Origin: Candidatus Latescibacterota bacterium
GTDB lineage: Bacteria; Latescibacterota; UBA2968; UBA8231
Length of the DNA stretch: 64,000 bases
NCBI GenBank assembly: GCA_965223905.1
Contig: CBDCXV010000001.1
Location: forward strand, 224,001-288,000
Direction of reading: 5' to 3'
The notes under the pieces are model-generated. The model was not told the DNA's origin and ran no database searches. It saw only the letters and a list, made by a program, of their open reading frames with translations. Shown one piece after another: positions 57,842 to 64,000 of this stretch. A program made the position numbers and the translations under genes. Positions within the stretch are counted from its first letter, which is position 1; every line of letters begins with the position of its first letter.

Positions 57842-58654
57842 GTGCTTGACGAGATGCCGAGCCATCTGAACACCGACCCGGCTCGATTCGGCGAACTTGG
57901 ATACTGCCTGTTTCGCGACGTCCTGACCGCGGAAGAGACCCGGCGCCTGCGCGCCATGCTCGACGAGGCCCTGGGGGATCCGCTGCCGCAACCTCCCGGC
58001 CGCGACGGCGCCATGGACCGGGACAACTACGTGGGCGAGCCCCATGTCCGGGACCTGCGCTGGCTCGACCTCTGCCGTCACCCCCGCGTCCTCGACGCCA
58101 TCGAGTCGATCCTGGGGCCCAACCTCATCCTTGTCTATTCCAGCGTCTTCATCAAGCTGCCCGCCTCCCCGGTGGAAGTGGGTTGGCACCAGGACAACAC
58201 CTTCTGGCCCAGCGTTCACGGCACCGACGTCATCACCTTGTGGCTCGCCGTCGACGACGCCGACGCCGCCAACAGCGCCATGAAGGTAATCCCCGGCTCC
58301 CACCGGGGGTGGATGGAGCTGGAGACGGTGGACTCCGGCGCCAACCAGATGCTGCGCAGGAGCGTGCCGGTCTCGCCGGAACAGGAGGGGTCGGCGGTGA
58401 CGCTCGAGATGAGCGCGGGCAGCTTGTCGATTCACGATTCCTTCCTTCTCCACGGCAGCGATGCCAACCGAAGCCGGCGGCGGCGGGCGGGGTATACGAT
58501 CCGCTACTGCAGCACCGACACTGCCTGGGTCGACCTGGACAACCACCCTCATCCGGTATTCCTGGTGCGGGGTCTGGCCGGCCCCAGGGGAGATCGCTAC
58601 ACCTGCCTGCTTCCCGCGGAAGAGGCGACCTGGGAGCTGCTGCGGAAATCGTGA
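57842..58654 (+). CDS. PhyH-family dioxygenase
   Basis: WHQD, WLAVDD, IPGSH, LHGS.AN.S.RRR. Confidence 0.92.
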   Translation: MLDEMPSHLNTDPARFGELGYCLFRDVLTAEETRRLRAMLDEALGDPLPQPPGRDGAMDRDNYVGEPHVRDLRWLDLCRHPRVLDAIESILGPNLILVYSSVFIKLPASPVEVGWHQDNTFWPSVHGTDVITLWLAVDDADAANSAMKVIPGSHRGWMELETVDSGANQMLRRSVPVSPEQEGSAVTLEMSAGSLSIHDSFLLHGSDANRSRRRRAGYTIRYCSTDTAWVDLDNHPHPVFLVRGLAGPRGDRYTCLLPAEEATWELLRKS

Positions 58655-58851
58655 GCGCCGACGCGGCATCCGGATACCGATCACTACGACGAAGAGGCGG
58701 TACCGGGGGTCTTCCCCGCCTGTCGATGCCGGACGTGAACACCCCCCTGCCCGGAGGCATCGGCTACCACGTCCGCGAAGGCACACATGACATCCGGCGA
58801 TACGACTGGGAGCAGCACCTCGACTTCGCCGACAGGCACCTGGAGCACTGA
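58651..58851 (+). pseudogene. Remnant of a CE15-like (glucuronoyl/acetylxylan esterase-type) gene
   Basis: C-terminal GIGYHVREGTHDIRRYDWEQHLDFADRH* plus an out-of-frame HYDEEAVP just upstream. Confidence 0.6.
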
Positions 58852-58854
58852 CCG

Positions 58855-59568
58855 ATGCTGCTTCCCGCAGTCAAAGCCCTGACCTTCGACGTCTTCGGCA
58901 CTGTCGTCGACTGGCGGACCAGCATCCTTCGCGAAGGGGAACAACTGACCAGGGAAAGGGGGATCGACGTCGACTGGGCGGCGTTCGCCGACGCCTGGAG
59001 GGGCGGGTACGAGCCGGCGATGGACCGGGTACGGCGAGGCCTGCTGCCGTGGACGAAAATCGACGCCCTGCACCGGATGATCCTCGACCGTCTGCTCGGA
59101 GAATTCGGTATCCGGGGATTGTCGGAAGAGGAGGTCGACCACCTCAACCGCGTGTGGCATCGGCTAGCCCCGTGGCCGGACGCGGTCGATGGCCTGCAGC
59201 GACTGCGCTCCCGGTACGTTGTCGCCGCCCTGTCGAACGGCAACGTCGCCCTGCTCATCAACATGGCAAAGCATGCGGGCCTGCCCTGGGACTGCGTTCT
59301 GTCGGCAGAAAATGCGCGTCATTACAAACCCGACCCGGGGGTGTATGAAACCGCCGCCGAGCTGCTGGACCTGCCGCCCCCGCAGATCCTGATGGTCGCC
59401 GCCCACCTTCACGACCTCGAGGGCGCCCGCGCCGTCGGCTACCGCACCGCCTTCGTGCCCCGGCTCCTGGAGTACGGCCCCGACGGAAACCCCGACCGTG
59501 AAGCGGACCAGCCATTCGACGTCACCGCGGCCGACTTTGCCGAGCTGGCACAGCTCCTGGACTGCTGA
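58855..59568 (+). CDS. Haloacid dehalogenase type II (HAD family)
   Basis: FDVFGTVVDW, LSNGN, YKPDP, MVAAHLHDL. Confidence 0.92.
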   Translation: MLLPAVKALTFDVFGTVVDWRTSILREGEQLTRERGIDVDWAAFADAWRGGYEPAMDRVRRGLLPWTKIDALHRMILDRLLGEFGIRGLSEEEVDHLNRVWHRLAPWPDAVDGLQRLRSRYVVAALSNGNVALLINMAKHAGLPWDCVLSAENARHYKPDPGVYETAAELLDLPPPQILMVAAHLHDLEGARAVGYRTAFVPRLLEYGPDGNPDREADQPFDVTAADFAELAQLLDC

Positions 59569-59581
59569 AACTCGCAATGGA

Positions 59582-60415
59582 GTGAAGATTTCCTTGATAT
59601 CGATCGCCCTCGGTCTCGCCGGTATCTATGCCCTGTACTGCGGCGTCCTGTTCGCCGGACAGCGCGCCATGCTGTTTCCCCGGCACCAGATCTCGGAGCC
59701 GGCCGCGGTGAAGCTAGGCCCCTTCGGCGCCGAAGTGATGCAGGTCGAGACCGGTTTCGGTCAGGTGGAAACCTGGTTCTTCCCGCCGACCACCGGCGGC
59801 GACGGACCCTGGCCGGCGGTCGTCATGGCCCACGGCAACACCGAGCTGATCGACCACTACCCGGCGACCTATCCCGAAAAGTTCATGCGCTTCCTCGATC
59901 TGGGAATGGCGGTGTACCTGGTGGAGTACCCAGGGTACGGCCGCTCGGACGGGTCTCCTTCCGAGGCAACAGTAACCGAGGGATTCGTCGCCGCCTACGA
60001 CAAGCTGATCGCAAGGCCGGACGTCGACGGCGAACGCATCCTCCTCTTCGGCCGCTCCCTCGGAGGGGGAGCGGTCTGTGCGCTGGCGGCGAAACGTCCG
60101 AGCAGGGCGATGATCCTGTTCTCGACGTTCTCGAGCGTCCGCGATATGGCCGGTGAATTCATGATTCCCCGGTTTCTCGTCCTCGACCCGTTCGACAATC
60201 TGGGGGTAGTGCGATCCTATCCCCGCCCGGTTCTCGTCCTCCACGGCACCGAGGACCGCTTGATCCCCTACGAGCAAGGGCGGAAATTAGCCGCCGCGGC
60301 CGCGCAGGGAACGCTGCTTACTTACACCTGCGGCCACGGCGACTGCCCGACCGATTGGGACGACTATTGGAGACAGGTGGCCGAGTTCCTCCGCAAGGCC
60401 GATTTCATGGAGTGA
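59582..60415 (+). CDS. Membrane-anchored alpha/beta hydrolase (ABHD13/17-like)
   Basis: N-terminal TM, HGN, EYPGYGRS.G.PSE, GRSLG, HGTED, GHGD. Confidence 0.88.
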   Translation: MKISLISIALGLAGIYALYCGVLFAGQRAMLFPRHQISEPAAVKLGPFGAEVMQVETGFGQVETWFFPPTTGGDGPWPAVVMAHGNTELIDHYPATYPEKFMRFLDLGMAVYLVEYPGYGRSDGSPSEATVTEGFVAAYDKLIARPDVDGERILLFGRSLGGGAVCALAAKRPSRAMILFSTFSSVRDMAGEFMIPRFLVLDPFDNLGVVRSYPRPVLVLHGTEDRLIPYEQGRKLAAAAAQGTLLTYTCGHGDCPTDWDDYWRQVAEFLRKADFME

Positions 60416-60432
60416 AAAAGGAGACTTCTCCC

Positions 60433-61290
60433 ATGCGTTTTACCGCCGAGCAGGTTCAGGATTACCATCGCGACGGCTTCACTTTTCTCGAAGGCTTTCT
60501 GTCCCCGCGGGAAGTTCAGGACCTTCTCGACGACGTCGGATCGATCTGCGCCGGCAACACCCTCGCAGACCACGACGAGACGCGCATGGAGATGGAGCCG
60601 AACCAGCCCCCGGACGGCAACAGCGTGCGGCGTCTGTACGAGCCCTGCTCCCACTACCCTGGCTTTCGGGACCTCTCGCAGTCCGAGAAGGTCCTCGACT
60701 GCCTCGAGCAGCTTCTCGGCCCCGACATCCTTTTCCACTACAGCAAGCTCAACATGAAACCGGCCGAAATCGGCTCGGTCGTAGAGTGGCACCAGGACCT
60801 GTCGTACTACCCGCTGACCAACCGCGACTCGCTGGCGATCCTCTTCTACCTCGACGACACCGACGAGGAGAACGGCTTCCTGCGGATGATACCGGGCCGC
60901 CACCGGGACGACCTTCTGCCTCATTCGGGCGACCGGTTCTTCCAGGGCCGCGTCACCGATGCGGTGGACGACTCCGGCGCCGTCGGCGTCGGTGGAAGGG
61001 CGGGAACCGCCATCCTCATGCACTGCATGACCCCGCACGCCTCGGCCACCAACCGCTCCAACCGCCCCCGCCGCACCCTAATCCTCAGTTACCGCGCCGC
61101 CGATGCCTACCCTGTCTACACCGGGGAAATGACCCACAAAACCGAGGCTTCGGTGCGGCTCGTCCGCGGCCAGCCCTTGCCGCTGGCCCGCTTCACGATG
61201 ACCCACTTCCCGATGCCTCTGTACAAAGGGGGAGTGACCGCTTCGCTTTACGAGCTCCAGAACCAGGCCAGGAAAGGTGAGACGGGGTAG
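60433..61290 (+). CDS. PhyH-family dioxygenase
   Basis: KLNMK, WHQD, YLDD...NG, PHAS..N.S..PRR; AAGGAG SD. Confidence 0.92.
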   Translation: MRFTAEQVQDYHRDGFTFLEGFLSPREVQDLLDDVGSICAGNTLADHDETRMEMEPNQPPDGNSVRRLYEPCSHYPGFRDLSQSEKVLDCLEQLLGPDILFHYSKLNMKPAEIGSVVEWHQDLSYYPLTNRDSLAILFYLDDTDEENGFLRMIPGRHRDDLLPHSGDRFFQGRVTDAVDDSGAVGVGGRAGTAILMHCMTPHASATNRSNRPRRTLILSYRAADAYPVYTGEMTHKTEASVRLVRGQPLPLARFTMTHFPMPLYKGGVTASLYELQNQARKGETG

Positions 61291-61325
61291 GGCTTTCGAA
61301 GGCCCTGCTCCACTCGCGGAACGAG

Positions 61326-62864
61326 ATGTCCGATTCGGCAGGTAGGGGAGGTTTGCGCTGGTGGCCCGCGGCGGCAATCCTCCTTCTCTGTGCCGCCGGC
61401 CTGATCGCAAACGGCCTGCGGGACGTCCCTCACCGTCAGGGCCAGACCTTCGTCGCATTTCAGATCCTTCTCCTGGGACTCCTCGCTCTCGCCGTCTGGT
61501 TGCTCTTCTTCTCGAGGCTGTCCTGGATCCGGCGGTGGCTGTGCCTCGGCATCGCCGCGCTGTTGCTGACGCTGTTCGGGACGCTTTTCCGCATCGAGGG
61601 GGTCAGCGGCGACTTCATCCCCATCCTCGCCTGGAGATGGTCCTTCGGCGATCCCGAACTGCCATCCGGCGCCGCCGGGACAGTCGCGGAAATCAGCGCC
61701 AGTTACCCGCAGTTCCTGGGGCCTGGCCGCAATGCCCGCCTGCACGGCGTACATCTCGATCCGGACTGGCAGCGGCATCCACCCAGGGAACTGTGGCGGC
61801 GCGAGATCGGGGAAGGCTGGTCGGCCTTCGCTGTGGCGAGCGGGCGCGCCGTGACCCAGGAGCAGCGGGGATCGCTCGAAACGGTGGTCTGTTACGACCT
61901 TCTGACAGGCGAGGTGGTCTGGGCTCACGCGGACAGCGCGCGGTATGAATCGACCCTGGCCGGCATCGGACCGCGGGCGACACCGACGATCGCGGGGGAT
62001 CGCGCGTACACGCTGGGGGCCACCGGCATTATCAATTCCCTGGATCTCGAGACCGGACGCCTGCGCTGGTCGCGCGACATCATCGCCGACAACGACGGGA
62101 AAATCCCGACTTGGGGGATCAGCGCGTCCCCCCTGGTTCTCGACAGCCTCGTCGTTGTCAGCGCAGGCGGTGTCGAAGGCCGCTCGCTGGTAGCCTATCA
62201 CGCCGACCGCGGCGACGTCGTCTGGTCAGGGGGGCGGGACCGCGCCGGGTACAGCTCCCCGTCGCTGGCCCTGTTGGCAGGGCGTAGACAGATCCTGGTC
62301 TTTGCCAGCAAGGCCGTGGTTTCGCATTCGCCGCTGAATGGCGAAGTGCTGTGGCGCGAACCCTGGCCGGGCGGCACCGAGTGTGTAGCCCAGCCCGTGC
62401 CTTTGCCCGGGGACCGGCTGCTGGTGTCGAGCGGGTACGGCATCGGCTCCAAGTTGTACGCCGTCGCAGCGACCCCGGGCGGCGGTCTGAGCGCCTCCCT
62501 CAGGTGGGAGTCGCCCCGTCTCAAGGCCAAGTTCACCAACGTCGTGTTCCGCGATGGTTTCATCTACGGGCTGGACGACGGGGTGCTCGTCTGTCTGGAC
62601 CCGGGTTCGGGCAAGCGGCGCTGGAAGAAAGGCCGCTACGGACACGGTCAGCTCATCCTGGTGGAGGACCTGTTGCTTATCCAGGCTGAATCGGGGGATG
62701 TCGTCCTCGTCGAAGCGAACCCGGAGCAGCATGTCGAACGGGGTCGCCTGAAGGCGCTGAGCTCGAAAACCTGGAACAACCCTGCACTTGCAGCACCCTA
62801 TCTGCTGGTTCGCAACAACCAGGAGGCGGCCTGTTTCGAGCTTCCCCTGCAGGAAGGCGCGTAG
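61326..62864 (+). CDS. Membrane-anchored PQQ-binding-like beta-propeller protein
   Basis: 3 N-terminal TMs; PQFLGPGRN, GWSAFAV, GPRATP, YSSP, repeated TG...W blades, TWNNPAL. Confidence 0.88.
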   Translation: MSDSAGRGGLRWWPAAAILLLCAAGLIANGLRDVPHRQGQTFVAFQILLLGLLALAVWLLFFSRLSWIRRWLCLGIAALLLTLFGTLFRIEGVSGDFIPILAWRWSFGDPELPSGAAGTVAEISASYPQFLGPGRNARLHGVHLDPDWQRHPPRELWRREIGEGWSAFAVASGRAVTQEQRGSLETVVCYDLLTGEVVWAHADSARYESTLAGIGPRATPTIAGDRAYTLGATGIINSLDLETGRLRWSRDIIADNDGKIPTWGISASPLVLDSLVVVSAGGVEGRSLVAYHADRGDVVWSGGRDRAGYSSPSLALLAGRRQILVFASKAVVSHSPLNGEVLWREPWPGGTECVAQPVPLPGDRLLVSSGYGIGSKLYAVAATPGGGLSASLRWESPRLKAKFTNVVFRDGFIYGLDDGVLVCLDPGSGKRRWKKGRYGHGQLILVEDLLLIQAESGDVVLVEANPEQHVERGRLKALSSKTWNNPALAAPYLLVRNNQEAACFELPLQEGA

Positions 62865-62950
62865 CAAGGCAGGTGGTTGTGGAGAGTCTTCGTTGGTCCG
62901 CTTGTCCACGAAGCGATTTCTTCAACCCACTCGCAGAGTGAGAGGTAATA

Positions 62951-64000
62951 ATGAAGGTTACGGCCATCGACATTCATGAAATACAGCTCGAGTACGTCGA
63001 CTGGATCGCCCATCAGCTGAACCACTACTACGGCCCCTCACGGCGCACCATCTACGAGGTGCAGACCGACGAGGGGCTGGTCGGCCTCGGCGAGAGCGGG
63101 CGTACCGAGCCGCAGGAGATCATCGACCAGTACATCGGCACCAACCCCTTCGACTGGATGGGAGACGAGACCTGCCTGGGTCTGGGCACAGCGATGTACG
63201 ACCTGATGGGCAAAGCCGCCGGCGTTCCCGTCTACAAGCTGATCGGACAGAAGTACCGCTCCTGGGTCCCGGTGGGGAGCTGGACCGTGTCTACGCACCC
63301 GGAGCGCATGGCCGAAGCCGTCGCACAATACTCCCGCCAGGGGTACACCTGGCTGAAGTACCACCTGTCCCCGTTCGAGAACGTCTTCGACCAGACCGAG
63401 GCGATGCAGAAGGTGGCACCCCGGGGATTCCGCATTCACTACGACTTCACCATGCACGGCACCGACGATCATCTGCCTGACCTGCTGGAGCGCCTGTCGG
63501 AGTACGAAATCGCCGGCTGTTTCGAAGACCCGCTGCCGCCCGGTGACATCGACGGCTACATCGAGCTGCGCGAGCGCAGCCGGCTGCCGATCGTGCTGCA
63601 TCACTTTCCGCTGGGGGCGACCTACGAGGTTTTCCGCAAGCCTGCCGATGCCTACATGCTCGGCCATGCCCGCATAGGCGACGCCATCCGCAAGGCCGGG
63701 CTGTTCGCCGCCGGCAACAGCCCCTTCATGTTGCAGAACGTCGGGGGCAACATCACGAGGGCGATGACGGTGCACATGATGGCCGCCTTCCCGACCGGCA
63801 CCTTCCACTTCTTCAGCGACTGCGAAACCTGGAAGAGCGACGTCACCAAGGAACGTCCGGAGCCGGTAAACGGGTTTCTGAAAGTGTCGGAAACCCCGGG
63901 CCTGGGAGTGTCACTGGACCGGGATGAGCTGGAGCGCCTGAAGAGCCTCTCCCTGCCGAAGCAGGAGAAGTGGATCATTAAATCGACGTTCGCCAGCGGT
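62951..64000 (+). CDS. Mandelate racemase/muconate lactonizing enolase-superfamily enzyme (partial, runs off end)
   Basis: Not in the track. From ATG 62951 (GAGG SD): MKVTAIDIHEI...TDEGLVGLGE...AMYDLMGKAAGVPVYKLIG...FEDP...PGLGVSLD. Confidence 0.88.
   Translation, partial: MKVTAIDIHEIQLEYVDWIAHQLNHYYGPSRRTIYEVQTDEGLVGLGESGRTEPQEIIDQYIGTNPFDWMGDETCLGLGTAMYDLMGKAAGVPVYKLIGQKYRSWVPVGSWTVSTHPERMAEAVAQYSRQGYTWLKYHLSPFENVFDQTEAMQKVAPRGFRIHYDFTMHGTDDHLPDLLERLSEYEIAGCFEDPLPPGDIDGYIELRERSRLPIVLHHFPLGATYEVFRKPADAYMLGHARIGDAIRKAGLFAAGNSPFMLQNVGGNITRAMTVHMMAAFPTGTFHFFSDCETWKSDVTKERPEPVNGFLKVSETPGLGVSLDRDELERLKSLSLPKQEKWIIKSTFASG

Noticed and set aside
59677-59690. Short match (TCCCCGGCACCAGA region) to the tRNA-Leu 3' end as a possible attR
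   Set aside because: Only about 12 bp, GC-rich and inside an intact CDS; likely chance.

Overview
GC-rich bacterial chromosomal segment with no rRNA, CRISPR array, IS or prophage visible. The gene repertoire (many PhyH dioxygenases, Gfo/Idh/MocA oxidoreductases, enolase-superfamily enzymes, a sulfatase, a PQQ-like propeller) resembles uncultured diderm lineages such as Latescibacterota, Gemmatimonadota or Poribacteria; this is inference only. Layout: (1) 1-13 kb: an ECF sigma/anti-sigma pair divergent from an unusual envelope operon, followed by TPR-exbB-exbD-exbD-tonB. The operon encodes a 1477-aa PA + degenerate M28-peptidase + MacB/FtsX permease fusion and two OPT-like polytopic membrane proteins, with no ATPase. 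(2) 13-25.8 kb: core genes, namely nrdR with tandem NrdR boxes, class II nrdJ, MBL hydrolase, map, topA, a XerC-like gene lacking its catalytic Tyr, an Ig-like lipoprotein, a pilin-like gene, pheA, thyA, tRNA-Cys and tRNA-Leu. (3) 25.9-46.8 kb: accessory catabolic genes. (4) 46.9-55.1 kb: an isoprenoid block (MpaB/Lcp-like oxygenase, MMPL, LolA-like carrier, outer-membrane barrel, ispH, squalene synthase). (5) 55-64 kb: a broken Tat substrate-binding gene, a Bcp peroxiredoxin with in-frame UGA at the peroxidatic Cys (probable selenoprotein), PhyH/HAD/hydrolase genes and a CE15 deletion relic. About six single-base frameshifts, several in homopolymers, suggest long-read assembly errors. All family calls come from motif recognition by eye, not database searches.
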